A stretch of 64,000 bases of DNA from a virus: IMG/VR virus record IMGVR_UViG_3300027759_000002, positions 96,001-160,000 of that record; one strand, 5' to 3'. Position numbers and translations under genes: made by a program. The notes beneath the pieces are model-generated. The model was given only the letters and a program-made list of their open reading frames with translations. It was not told the origin of the DNA and searched no databases. Below, in pieces: positions 33,640 through 43,792 of the stretch (positions within the stretch are counted from its first letter, which is position 1; every line of letters starts with the position of its first letter).

Positions 33640-34814
33640 TATTTTTAACGTTACTTACAGCACTAGGTTTATCTGGTGTTTCTGCCTACTATTCAGTTAT
33701 TGGTTTAGCACAAATTTTTCCTGGTTCATTTTGGCCAATTATTTTTATGGGTTCGGTTCTTGAAGCTTCGAAACTAGTAACAGTATCGTGGTTGTATAAT
33801 AATTGGAAACAATGTCCTTTTCTTATTAAATCATATTTGTCGATAGCAGTTATCATTTTAATGTTGATTACTTCAATGGGTATATTTGGTTTCTTATCAA
33901 AGGCACACTTAGAACATTCAGCAGATAGTGGTCCGTATGTTGATAAGATTTCTATCATTGACGAAAAAATCAGAACATCAAAAGAAAATATTGATGCGAA
34001 CCGGAAGGCGCTTAGACAAATGGATGAGGCTGTGGACCAAGTTATGGGCCGCAGTACTGATGAAAAAGGTGCGGATAAAGCTGTTGCAGTCCGAAAAACA
34101 CAGCAGAAAGAACGCATCCGCCTTCAATCTGAGATTTCGACCGAACAGAAAACTATTGCAACCCTCAATGAAGAAAGAGCACCGATATCAACGGAACTCC
34201 GTAAGGTTGAAGCGGATGTAGGACCAATCAAATACATTGCTGCACTGGCATATGGTGAAGCAACAACTGACATTATGGACAAAGCAGTACGCCTTGTTAT
34301 TCTATTGATTATTGTTGTATTTGATCCATTAGCAATTCTATTGTTAATCGCATATAACATGTCAATCAAACAAAAAGAAGATGTTGAAGACTTCTTCGAA
34401 CGAGTTAAAGTAAATGCAAGAAAATTGGATGAAGATGCCAAGCATGCTGAGCAAGAGGTTGTTAATGTAGTACCTGAAACTGTACATGTTGAAGAACCAG
34501 TTGATCCTTATGCATACCTGAAACAGCCATTCAAACACTTTGAGAATTTGAAACCAATGGTTGCACCAAAAGAAGATACTTTGCAAATTAAAAAAGATAA
34601 TATGATTGTGATTGATGATATAACTGGTGAAACCATACCGCCAATCACACATGAAAAGGTAACAATTGAAACCCACAATGCACGAAATTCTGTTATGTAT
34701 GAAGAACATCATGTACCAATAGAAGAACCTGTGAAAAAATTGGAACCTAAGTATGATTATGATGAACCGTATTCTTTTAAAGAGAAAGAAATTCGTGATG
34801 CTGGTAAATTTTAA
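33636..34814 (+). CDS. membrane protein with coiled coil
   Basis: Three N-terminal TM segments, coiled coil, further TM, acidic tail. Confidence 0.75.
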   Translation: MIFLTLLTALGLSGVSAYYSVIGLAQIFPGSFWPIIFMGSVLEASKLVTVSWLYNNWKQCPFLIKSYLSIAVIILMLITSMGIFGFLSKAHLEHSADSGPYVDKISIIDEKIRTSKENIDANRKALRQMDEAVDQVMGRSTDEKGADKAVAVRKTQQKERIRLQSEISTEQKTIATLNEERAPISTELRKVEADVGPIKYIAALAYGEATTDIMDKAVRLVILLIIVVFDPLAILLLIAYNMSIKQKEDVEDFFERVKVNARKLDEDAKHAEQEVVNVVPETVHVEEPVDPYAYLKQPFKHFENLKPMVAPKEDTLQIKKDNMIVIDDITGETIPPITHEKVTIETHNARNSVMYEEHHVPIEEPVKKLEPKYDYDEPYSFKEKEIRDAGKF

Positions 34815-34825
34815 AGGATGAAACA

Positions 34826-35893
34826 ATGAGTATATTAGACAAAATTAAAAAAAATAGTAGTATTAAAGATTCTGCTATCTTAGCTAAATCAAAATTCTTC
34901 AATGCGAAGGATATGATTCCAACAGCGGTGCCAATTATTAACGTGGCACTTTCTGGTAAGTTAGATGGTGGTCTGACACCAGGTCTTACAATGTGGGCAG
35001 GTCCGTCCAAACACTTTAAGACTGCATTTAGTTTGTTGATGGCCAAATCTTACTTGGACAAATATCCCGATGCAGCACTACTATTCTATGATTCAGAGTT
35101 TGGTACTCCGCAGTCTTATTTTGACAGCTTTGGTATTGACACAGAGCGGGTGCTCCATACTCCTCTTACAGATATTGAACAACTCAAATTCGACATAATG
35201 GCACAGTTGACACAATTGGAACGTGGTGATAAGTTGATTATTGTCATTGATTCAATTGGTAACTTAGCATCTAAGAAAGAGGTTGAAGATGCCTTAGCGG
35301 AGAAATCAGTTGCTGATATGTCCCGAGCCAAACAAGTTAAGAGTTTGTTCCGTATGGTGACACCTCACTTATCATTGAAAGACATTCCAATGGTTGTTGT
35401 AAATCACACATACATGGAAATTGGTATGTTCCCTAAAGCTATTGTCGGTGGTGGTACAGGTTCATATTATTCAGCTGACAATATTTTTATTATCGGCCGT
35501 CAACAAGAAAAAGATGGTACAGAAGTTACCGGTTACAATTTTATTATTAACGTGGAAAAATCTAGATATGTCAAAGAAAAATCTAAAATACCTGTCAGTG
35601 TATCTTTTGATGGTGGTATTAGCACTTGGTCTGGTTTACTTGACCTTGCTATTGAGTCCAAACATGTGGTTAAACCAAAGAATGGTTGGTATCAACGTGT
35701 TGACACAGATGGTGTGATTGAAGAAAAGAATTACCGTGAGAAGGACACCGACACCAAAGACTTTTGGATGCCTATTCTGAAACAGAAATCTTTCCGTGAT
35801 TTCATTGAGAACAAATACCGTGTGGCATCCGGAGAAATTATGACAAGCAATATTGATGAAACATTTGATGTTGCAACCATGAATGGTGTATAA
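34826..35893 (+). CDS. uvsX: RecA-like recombinase
   Basis: GPSKHFKT, FYDSEFG, IVIDSIGNL, GGTG. Confidence 0.96.
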   Translation: MSILDKIKKNSSIKDSAILAKSKFFNAKDMIPTAVPIINVALSGKLDGGLTPGLTMWAGPSKHFKTAFSLLMAKSYLDKYPDAALLFYDSEFGTPQSYFDSFGIDTERVLHTPLTDIEQLKFDIMAQLTQLERGDKLIIVIDSIGNLASKKEVEDALAEKSVADMSRAKQVKSLFRMVTPHLSLKDIPMVVVNHTYMEIGMFPKAIVGGGTGSYYSADNIFIIGRQQEKDGTEVTGYNFIINVEKSRYVKEKSKIPVSVSFDGGISTWSGLLDLAIESKHVVKPKNGWYQRVDTDGVIEEKNYREKDTDTKDFWMPILKQKSFRDFIENKYRVASGEIMTSNIDETFDVATMNGV

Positions 35894-36213
35894 TGATTGA
35901 GGGAATAGATTACTGCTACATCTATCCAAAGGATGACAAAACAGCAGTCAACATTAAATTTTTGGAAGGTCCTTATAAAGATACCATATTCAAATATGGT
36001 AAGGTAAAGTTTAAGGAAGAAAACGAACAGGCCTATTTACTTTTTGCTTACGATGTGTTAGAATCACCTGTAAAGAAGCCAGCCAAACTGGAAAAAGATG
36101 ATGACTTTAAAAACTACATTGGTGACTTATTGGTGGAAATAATGTCATCTAACATGGAACAGGAAGTAATTGATGAAACTGGAACAGACGATTCTAAAAA
36201 ATCTAATTTATAA
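35893..36213 (+). CDS. 40: head vertex assembly chaperone-like (gp40)
   Basis: Size and position between uvsX and gp41; KYGKV...F.YDV...IGDLLVEI. Confidence 0.55.
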   Translation: MIEGIDYCYIYPKDDKTAVNIKFLEGPYKDTIFKYGKVKFKEENEQAYLLFAYDVLESPVKKPAKLEKDDDFKNYIGDLLVEIMSSNMEQEVIDETGTDDSKKSNL

Positions 36214-37564
36214 TGAAGAATATTTACGCAAGGTTTTACCATTTCTAAAATCAGAATATTTTACAGACAGAAGCGACAAAACATTATATGATGAGATTGC
36301 ATCATTCACAGAAACTTACAATTCTACACCAACGGTTGAAGCACTTGTACTGGCCGTCAAAGAAAGGCGAAATCTCTCAGATGAGGAAGTGGAGAAGTGT
36401 GAATCTTATCTAAAAGAGATTGAGAAAACTAAAGGTGAAGAATCCAAGGTTCAATGGCTTGTTGACAAGACCGAACAGTTTTGCCAAGAGAAGGCCATTT
36501 ATAACGCTGTATTGGGGTCTATTTCAATCCTCGATGGCAAGGACAAAACCAATGACAAAGGTTCGATTCCCAAAATACTATCAGATGCCTTAGCGATAAG
36601 TTTTGACAATTCTGTTGGCCACGATTATCTTGAAAACTCGGATGAACGATATGATTTCTACCATCGTAAAGAAGAACGAATCCCTTTTGACTTAGAGTTC
36701 TTTAACAAAATCACAAAAGGTGGCTTGCCTAATAAGACGCTTAATATAGCTCTTGCCGGAACTGGTGTTGGAAAAAGTTTGTTCATGTGTCATGTGGCTG
36801 CAGGCTGTATGGTACAAGGCAAGAATGTTCTTTACATCACAATGGAAATGAGTGAAGAAAAGATTGCAGAACGTATTGATGCCAACTTATTGAATGTCAC
36901 GATTGATGACCTTGTAAGTTTACCAAAAGATTTGTATGATAAAAAGATTAATAAACTCCGTGAAAAGACTGTGGGTAAACTTATCATTAAAGAGTATCCA
37001 ACAGCGTCTGCAAGCAGCATACATTTTCGTACCTTACTCAACGAGCTTAATCTTAAAAAGTCTTTTGTTCCTGATATTATTTTCATTGACTACCTCAATA
37101 TTTGTTGTTCTTCTCGCATCAAAGCAGGAGCAAATGTCAACTCATATTCCTACGTTAAATCCATCGCCGAGGAGTTGCGAGGTCTTGCCGTTGAGTTCGG
37201 AGTACCTATTGTTTCTGCGACACAAACAACTAGAAGTGGATTTACTTCTTCCGATCCCGGACTTGAGGACACAAGTGAGTCTTTTGGTTTGCCGGCAACC
37301 GCAGACTTGATGTTTGCATTGATTTCTTCCGAAGAACTAGAAGAAATGGGACAGATTATGGTAAAACAATTGAAGAATCGTTATAATGATCCAACGCATT
37401 TCAAACGATTCACTCTAGGTATTGATAGGTCGAAAATGAGATTATATGATATTGAACAGTCTAGCCAAGATGGCATCACAGATTCTGGTCAAGATAAACC
37501 ACTCAACACATTTGGTAACAGAGAGAAAACACAGAAGAAATCATTCGATGGATTTAAAGTATGA
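36173..37564 (+). CDS. 41: replicative helicase
   Basis: AGTGVGKS, IFIDYLNI, SATQTTRSG, KQLKNRY. Confidence 0.97.
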   Translation: MKLEQTILKNLIYNEEYLRKVLPFLKSEYFTDRSDKTLYDEIASFTETYNSTPTVEALVLAVKERRNLSDEEVEKCESYLKEIEKTKGEESKVQWLVDKTEQFCQEKAIYNAVLGSISILDGKDKTNDKGSIPKILSDALAISFDNSVGHDYLENSDERYDFYHRKEERIPFDLEFFNKITKGGLPNKTLNIALAGTGVGKSLFMCHVAAGCMVQGKNVLYITMEMSEEKIAERIDANLLNVTIDDLVSLPKDLYDKKINKLREKTVGKLIIKEYPTASASSIHFRTLLNELNLKKSFVPDIIFIDYLNICCSSRIKAGANVNSYSYVKSIAEELRGLAVEFGVPIVSATQTTRSGFTSSDPGLEDTSESFGLPATADLMFALISSEELEEMGQIMVKQLKNRYNDPTHFKRFTLGIDRSKMRLYDIEQSSQDGITDSGQDKPLNTFGNREKTQKKSFDGFKV

Positions 37565-38667
37565 AATTAGAATTTAATGATGCAGTTCATTGCGCCAAAG
37601 TATTTGAAGATTACTTTGGTAGTTTTGACCGTATTGATGAGTATATGCGTGACCAAAAGTTGAATTCTTTGGCCGAATTGCCATCCAATCCTTTGTTTCC
37701 GATTGAAGATGAGTTGTTTCAAGACTTCACAATGAATCCAAAAAATATGAATTTTGAGGTTGTCGAGATTGATAATGAAACTTGGACCAATCTATTGAAC
37801 ATCACTTCATCTCATGTAAACATTCCGCCAGTTGGCCGCAATGTTAAACTGGCAGTGCGTGAAACCAATACAGGAAAGTACGTAGGATTCATCCGTCTTG
37901 GTTCACCTGTAATCAACTGTAAGCCACGTAATGATATGCTTGGTCAAGTGTTTACACAAAAACCTGAGTGGGGTAAACGATTCAATAATTCTGCAATGAT
38001 GGGTTTTGTTATTGTACCTGCACAACCATTTGGTTATAATTACCTTGGTGGTAAACTGTTGGCTGCAATCTGCACTTCACATGAAGTACGTGAGATTGTA
38101 AATGTAAAGTATGGAATGAACCTGTGTCTCTTTGAAACAACTTCTTTGTATGGTAGTTCAAAGACTGTATCGCAATATGATGGTATGAAACCATATATCA
38201 GATATAAAGGCCTGACAGATTCTGATTTTCTTCCTATGATGCACGGCAAACCTTATTCTGACCTACGTGATTTCGTACAAGATAAAGTCGGACCTTTGGT
38301 TGAAGATGTTGCTTCTAGTAAGAAACTGAAAATCTCTATGAAGATTATTTCCCTCACTAAAGCTGCACTTAAAGGTACACCTGAAGGGGATACATTCATA
38401 GCAACGATTGGGAAAGCAAAAGGGTTGACAGAGCAAAAAAGATATTACACCAGTGACTATGGCTTTAAAAACATGGTTGACTATGTAAACTGTAAGACGG
38501 ACGTGCTTATTCCTGGTGAAAACTATGAAAAACACAATCTGGTAAACTTGATTGAATGGTGGCGAAATAAGGCTTGTAATCGGTATGAAACTCTGTACAA
38601 TGAGAAACGGTTAAAAACCGAACTAGAAATTTGGACTTCTGGAAAGGAGATCCAAATTATAAGATAA
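37561..38667 (+). CDS. DUF4338/DruA-like protein (paralog 2)
   Basis: IRLGSP...PRND...PAQPFGYNYLGGKLLA...TTSLYG...SQYDG; shares motifs with 14738-16003. Confidence 0.58.
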   Translation: MKLEFNDAVHCAKVFEDYFGSFDRIDEYMRDQKLNSLAELPSNPLFPIEDELFQDFTMNPKNMNFEVVEIDNETWTNLLNITSSHVNIPPVGRNVKLAVRETNTGKYVGFIRLGSPVINCKPRNDMLGQVFTQKPEWGKRFNNSAMMGFVIVPAQPFGYNYLGGKLLAAICTSHEVREIVNVKYGMNLCLFETTSLYGSSKTVSQYDGMKPYIRYKGLTDSDFLPMMHGKPYSDLRDFVQDKVGPLVEDVASSKKLKISMKIISLTKAALKGTPEGDTFIATIGKAKGLTEQKRYYTSDYGFKNMVDYVNCKTDVLIPGENYEKHNLVNLIEWWRNKACNRYETLYNEKRLKTELEIWTSGKEIQIIR

Positions 38668-38689
38668 ATACTTTTTTTGAAGGTGTTAA

Positions 38690-39766
38690 ATGGCTTATAC
38701 TTTTTTCCCAAAGACTGCAACGGAAATCAAGCAAACTCTAAAGGGTGATAAAGCAAAGATAGAAGATATAATCAATATCTTTGCTTATCTAAAATCAAAA
38801 TTTCCAAAAGTTGAAACTCCAATCAATGTTGATCCTGCATCAATTGCTAAGATTAATGTTACAAGAGATTTACAAACGGATATTGACCTTGCTAAAATAA
38901 AAAGAGAAGCAAAGGTAACTAAAATTACCATGAAATTTGGTTCTGGATCATCTGGCGGCCGAGGTGTACAGAATAAAGGTAATGCATATGAGGGAGAACT
39001 TGCTGATGCATTGAGACAATGGTGGAAAGGTGAAAAGATAACCGACACAAAATTACTTCAAGCAGTTGACGATATAGTTAAGCTTCATAAACTGAATAAA
39101 TGTAAAAGTGTAGAAGTTAAAGAGGTTGGTGAATTAAACAACAAAAGACCTTTTATATTCTCACCACAAGTTTTAATTTCATCTAAAATTCCTGTACGTG
39201 ATAACAATCTGGGGCCCGTTGTTACCGACATTACATTAATTTGTGATAAGAAAGAAATCTTCCTAAGTTTGAAAACTGGCGGCACTGTTACCTTTTTCAA
39301 CTCAGGCATCCGTACAGTTCTTTCACCAGCAGAAATCAAATCTGGTAAAATTACAAATAAAGATGGTTTAAAAATTCTTAATATGTTTAATATCAACGAT
39401 GCATTGTTTTGTGATATCTACAATGGTAAATTAAAAAAAGGTTATGTTGAAGATGTTTGGAAAACAATGTCATCAAAACAGAAGAATGAATTGAAAAACT
39501 TTTTGATTTCTGGTGTTGGCCATGGTTATACTATCGTACATAAACTGACGGGTAAAACCGAAGTGTATGAAATTGATAAAGATTATATGACTTCAGCCGC
39601 TACACCAAACTCATGTAATGTATACTATGGTGGTAAATCTGGTACAGGTAAGCGTATTGACATGGAAATAGAAACGGGTCATTACATTCTTAAACTAAAC
39701 ATACGTGATACACAAGGTGGTGATGGTTATCCTACCCGTATGATGTGTGACTACTCTTACAAATAA
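38690..39766 (+). CDS. PD-(D/E)xK nuclease-like protein
   Basis: GNAYE...TDITL...FLSLK motif spacing; late promoter ATAAATA at 38664-70. Confidence 0.5.
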   Translation: MAYTFFPKTATEIKQTLKGDKAKIEDIINIFAYLKSKFPKVETPINVDPASIAKINVTRDLQTDIDLAKIKREAKVTKITMKFGSGSSGGRGVQNKGNAYEGELADALRQWWKGEKITDTKLLQAVDDIVKLHKLNKCKSVEVKEVGELNNKRPFIFSPQVLISSKIPVRDNNLGPVVTDITLICDKKEIFLSLKTGGTVTFFNSGIRTVLSPAEIKSGKITNKDGLKILNMFNINDALFCDIYNGKLKKGYVEDVWKTMSSKQKNELKNFLISGVGHGYTIVHKLTGKTEVYEIDKDYMTSAATPNSCNVYYGGKSGTGKRIDMEIETGHYILKLNIRDTQGGDGYPTRMMCDYSYK

Positions 39767-40068
39767 TGGCACTAACAGATTTTGATAAAATACTAAAACA
39801 GTATGAGGACACCGAAAATGATTTCGGGTTCTCTGCTATTTCAGAACAGGAATATAATTCCACAATTAAAGAGAGTGTACAGACCGTTGAGAATTACAAA
39901 GTTAATTTGACAGAAACGGAAAGACGCTTGGCTGAACTTGAGAAGATGATTATCCCTTTCCTAAAGAAACTACATAGTACAGGAGATAAAGAATATATCT
40001 ACTGGCCTAATCGTAAACCAGCAATTGAAAAACAAATTGAGGCAATTTTAAAATTAACTAGAGGATGA
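39766..40068 (+). CDS. hypothetical protein
   Basis: 100 aa, DFGFSA and YIYWPNR motifs. Confidence 0.65.
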   Translation: MALTDFDKILKQYEDTENDFGFSAISEQEYNSTIKESVQTVENYKVNLTETERRLAELEKMIIPFLKKLHSTGDKEYIYWPNRKPAIEKQIEAILKLTRG

Positions 40069-40074
40069 TAAATT

Positions 40075-40797
40075 ATGAAACCGTTAGTGACTGTGATTAC
40101 GCCTACCACAGGTGCACCGTGTGTACGTCAAGCGTTAGACTCGGTTAAAAACCAAACCTATGATAACATACAACACTTAGTTGTTGTTGATGGCCAACCA
40201 AAAGGTCGTGTGATAGCCAAAGAGTATCCACATATTGACCTAATCGACCTCCCATACCCAACAGGAAAAGACCAATACAACGGACATAGAATATATGGTG
40301 CAATGACCTATATTGCAAACGGTGAGTTCCTATGTTTCTTAGATGAAGATAATTGGTACGAACCAAATCATATTGAAACCTTGGTTGATGTTATATCAAA
40401 GGGAAACAAATGGGCATACTCACTACGTAAAATCGTCAGCCAAGAAGGCGAATATATATGTAACGATGATTGTGAATCACTAGGTAAATGGACCTCCGTG
40501 ATTAATGATAAATTCATTGATGTAAATTGTTTTATGATACCTAAGGCCGCAGCATTAGGTTTTTCACCTTACTGGTACCGCAGAGCAAGACATCCACAAG
40601 AACAGCCGGAAGTTGATAGAATATTGTCACCGTTTATGATGCAAAATTTACCAGAATTTGACACGAATGGCCAATATACAATAAACTATAGAGTTGCAAG
40701 CAGAGGAGATTCTGTTCAGGCGGAATTCTTTTTGAAAGGAAATGAGATGATGAGTAAACAATATAATGGAGATTTACCATGGACAAAAAAGACCTGA
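40075..40797 (+). CDS. glycosyltransferase family 2
   Basis: VTVITPT, VVVDG, FLDEDN. Confidence 0.85.
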   Translation: MKPLVTVITPTTGAPCVRQALDSVKNQTYDNIQHLVVVDGQPKGRVIAKEYPHIDLIDLPYPTGKDQYNGHRIYGAMTYIANGEFLCFLDEDNWYEPNHIETLVDVISKGNKWAYSLRKIVSQEGEYICNDDCESLGKWTSVINDKFIDVNCFMIPKAAALGFSPYWYRRARHPQEQPEVDRILSPFMMQNLPEFDTNGQYTINYRVASRGDSVQAEFFLKGNEMMSKQYNGDLPWTKKT

Positions 40798-41639
40798 TTA
40801 TAGGTGCATTTAAAAACTATAACTACGAACAAGTCAAACCTTGGATCGAATCAATTAACGAATGTGGTTTTACCGGCGACAAAGTTCTAATTGCAATTGA
40901 TGCGTCAGAGGAAACAATCAACAAGATTAGACAAGCCGGATTCACTGCAATATCTGCAAAATCCATGTCAGGCGCAATGTTTCACATGGAACGATTTATT
41001 CATATCTATGATTATCTGAAAAAACATAGTGGTCAATATCGTTATGTTGTAAGTACAGATGTACGTGATGTAATCTTTCAAAACGATCCAATGGAATATT
41101 TGTCTCATATACTGACAGCAAATTCTGGTTATGATTTGATTGGTGTGTCTGAATGTATACTAGTTAAAAATGAACACTGGAATCGTGACAACATTTTAAA
41201 ATGTTTTGGTACATATTTCTATGAAGAAGTTAAAGACTATGAGGTTTTAAATGTTGGTACGTTAGCTGGCAAGGCACATGTTATTTCTGATTTGTGTGGT
41301 ATGTTATACCAACTATCTTTGAATAGAGCCGATTGGGTTGCCGACCAAGCTGCATATAATGTTTTAATGGGTTGGTATCCATATGTTGATATAACATACA
41401 TCAGTGGTTTAAATGATGGATTCTGTTGTAACTTACATGTAACAAATAAACCAATTGAGAAAGACCAATTTGCACCATTCATTACAGAAAAACATCCAAT
41501 CTTTGAAGATGGTGTAATGAAAACTGGTGATGGTCAACCATACTACATTGTACACCAATATGACCGAGATCCAGAATTGAAGAAATTTTATCATGATAAG
41601 TATAAGGTTGAAGAATTAATTACTTTTAGGACAACATAA
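40779..41639 (+). CDS. putative GT-A glycosyltransferase
   Basis: TDVRDVIFQ (DxxD), LNVG, DQAAYN, VHQYDR. Confidence 0.65.
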   Translation: MDKKDLIIGAFKNYNYEQVKPWIESINECGFTGDKVLIAIDASEETINKIRQAGFTAISAKSMSGAMFHMERFIHIYDYLKKHSGQYRYVVSTDVRDVIFQNDPMEYLSHILTANSGYDLIGVSECILVKNEHWNRDNILKCFGTYFYEEVKDYEVLNVGTLAGKAHVISDLCGMLYQLSLNRADWVADQAAYNVLMGWYPYVDITYISGLNDGFCCNLHVTNKPIEKDQFAPFITEKHPIFEDGVMKTGDGQPYYIVHQYDRDPELKKFYHDKYKVEELITFRTT

Positions 41640-42442
41640 TGATTACTATTGTTACTGCTTTTTATGACATTGGTCGTGGAGAATGGACACCAGACAAAGG
41701 CCTGCCACATTATCTACAAAGAACTACTGATACATACATTGAACGTTTTTCACACATGGCTCAAATGGAAAATGAGATGGTCGTATTCTCTACGCCAGAT
41801 ATTATTGAGAAACTGAAACCTTTGCGTGGAGACAGACCAACAAAATTTGTTTCGTTTGATATTTTTAGTAAGTATGCAGATTTGATTAGAGATGTTAACA
41901 ACATCCAGAAAACTGATGCATTTCAAAATTTAATTATTCCAGAACAGCGAGCAAATCCGGAATATTGGAATGCACATTATGTGGTTGTTAACTTTCTCAA
42001 GTCGGTGTTTGTCAATCTAGCAATCAAACACAACATGATTAGTAATGAATTAGTTTCTTGGTTGGATTTTGGTTATTGCCGCACGGCAGAGAAAGTACCT
42101 ACAAGCAAGAAATGGTCTTATAATTTTGATGTTAATAAGATGCATCTTTTCAATTATAAAGAATATGATGATAAACCTATACATGAAATCATTGCAACAA
42201 ACGATGTTTACATTCTTGGTGCAAAGATTGTTGGTGGTGTAACAGCATGGCCTAAGTTTGAATCTGCAATGAAAGAGTGTTTGATTGAATTGGGTACGAA
42301 TGGTTTGATTGATGATGACCAAACACTTATGTTAATGTCATCAATCAAATATCCGGAATTATTTGAACTACATAAGATTCCAGACCACCAACTCGGACTT
42401 GATCCGTTTGTTATTTTTAGTGACTTTAATAAAGAGGTATGA
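41639..42442 (+). CDS. HtrL/YibB (WlaTC)-like protein
   Basis: TIVTAFYDIGR, WLDFG, DDDQTL. Confidence 0.7.
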   Translation: MITIVTAFYDIGRGEWTPDKGLPHYLQRTTDTYIERFSHMAQMENEMVVFSTPDIIEKLKPLRGDRPTKFVSFDIFSKYADLIRDVNNIQKTDAFQNLIIPEQRANPEYWNAHYVVVNFLKSVFVNLAIKHNMISNELVSWLDFGYCRTAEKVPTSKKWSYNFDVNKMHLFNYKEYDDKPIHEIIATNDVYILGAKIVGGVTAWPKFESAMKECLIELGTNGLIDDDQTLMLMSSIKYPELFELHKIPDHQLGLDPFVIFSDFNKEV

Positions 42443-42443
42443 T

Positions 42444-43007
42444 ATGAGTGATATAATTAAATTTAATACTGCAACACAAGCATTTGGTGTTGAACGTGGA
42501 GTAACCAAGTGTTCAGGTTATGGACTTGGTGAATTGACCAAAGGCATGAAAAAAGGTTTAGAGATTGGTTGTTCTGAGGCACACACCTCAAAGTTTCTAT
42601 TGGACACCAATCCAGAATTGACCTTATATTCAATTGATCCTTATGTTGCATACACGGACTGGAACGGTAATGTATTGAATGACCGAGAAGAATTCTTTGG
42701 CCGTGTCACAAAAGAGATGGCTGTTTATGGTGATAGATTTGTTTTGATTAGAGACTTCTCAGACAATGTTGTTGACCAGTTCAATGATGAAGAATTTGAT
42801 TTTATCTTTATTGATGGATTACACACCTACGAACAATTAACAAAAGACTGTCACAACTATTACTCTAAGGTTAAAACTGGTGGTATCTTCTCTGGCCATG
42901 ATTATCAAACAATTCCTGGTGTGAATAAAGCCGTTGGTGAATTCGCACCAACTAAAACCGACAAAGTTCTTACAACTGAATGTGATGTTTGGTACTGGTA
43001 CAAATGA
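42444..43007 (+). CDS. class I SAM methyltransferase (Methyltransf_24-like)
   Basis: LEIGC, SIDPY, FIFIDGLHTY, GHDY. Confidence 0.85.
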   Translation: MSDIIKFNTATQAFGVERGVTKCSGYGLGELTKGMKKGLEIGCSEAHTSKFLLDTNPELTLYSIDPYVAYTDWNGNVLNDREEFFGRVTKEMAVYGDRFVLIRDFSDNVVDQFNDEEFDFIFIDGLHTYEQLTKDCHNYYSKVKTGGIFSGHDYQTIPGVNKAVGEFAPTKTDKVLTTECDVWYWYK

Positions 43008-43678
43008 AATCAATTTTTATCATAACATCTTGTTTGATACCTGCAATTGGTGTCTTTAGTCCAGAAGAACGTCTGAAACAAACACTAGAGACTGTTGATT
43101 CTATTAGAAATAAATCTCCAGATTCATTCATCGTACTTTCCGATGTATCAATACAATCATTGACAGACCAGTATTCAGAACTTGTTTCTAAGGTTGACTT
43201 ATTCTTAAATTTGAATCAAGTTGATTTTTTACTACACTTTACCAAAAACGGAATGAAAAGCCAAGGTGAATGTGCGATGATGCATGTTGTATTGGACTAT
43301 CTAAAACAGAATTCAGAATTATTAGAAGGTGTTGACCGCATATTTAAAATAACTGGTCGTCTACAACTTGATGATGGTTTTGATATTAATCACTATGATG
43401 GGTTGAATGGTAAATATGTATTCAAGGAACGCATACCAACATGGATGAGTGAACCTATTCACGGAGCAACTCATGTTTTTGATACTCGCCTTTGGTCTAT
43501 GTGTACGTCTTTGATTGATACTCATAAACAAGCCTTAGAAAAAGTGTTCCCTCTATTAGGTCCAATAGACTTGGAACACGCATATTTTGCCGTTTTAGAT
43601 AAAGAAAAAGTAGTAGAATTTGATAGAGTGTATTGCAGGGGCCAAGTGGCCTCAACGGGTGAGTGGAAATTTGATTGA
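43004..43678 (+). CDS. hypothetical, possibly glycan-modifying protein
   Basis: IFIITS, ERLKQT..T..SI, FKITGR; lies in the glycosyltransferase cluster. Confidence 0.55.
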   Translation: MKSIFIITSCLIPAIGVFSPEERLKQTLETVDSIRNKSPDSFIVLSDVSIQSLTDQYSELVSKVDLFLNLNQVDFLLHFTKNGMKSQGECAMMHVVLDYLKQNSELLEGVDRIFKITGRLQLDDGFDINHYDGLNGKYVFKERIPTWMSEPIHGATHVFDTRLWSMCTSLIDTHKQALEKVFPLLGPIDLEHAYFAVLDKEKVVEFDRVYCRGQVASTGEWKFD

Positions 43679-43707
43679 TATAGAGTACTATATATCTAAG
43701 CCAAGAT

Positions 43708-43748
43708 TTGACAGATTTGTGAATCTGTGGTATAATCCATTATAAATA
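43708..43748 (+). promoter_or_regulatory. sigma70 promoter with internal palindrome, then a late promoter
   Basis: TTGACA-17-TATAAT; ACAGATT-TGTG-AATCTGT in the spacer; TATAAATA at 43741-48. Confidence 0.78.
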
Positions 43749-43792
43749 ACCCTACAGACAACCAAAGTGTGTTGTAATTCAATAGGTAGACA

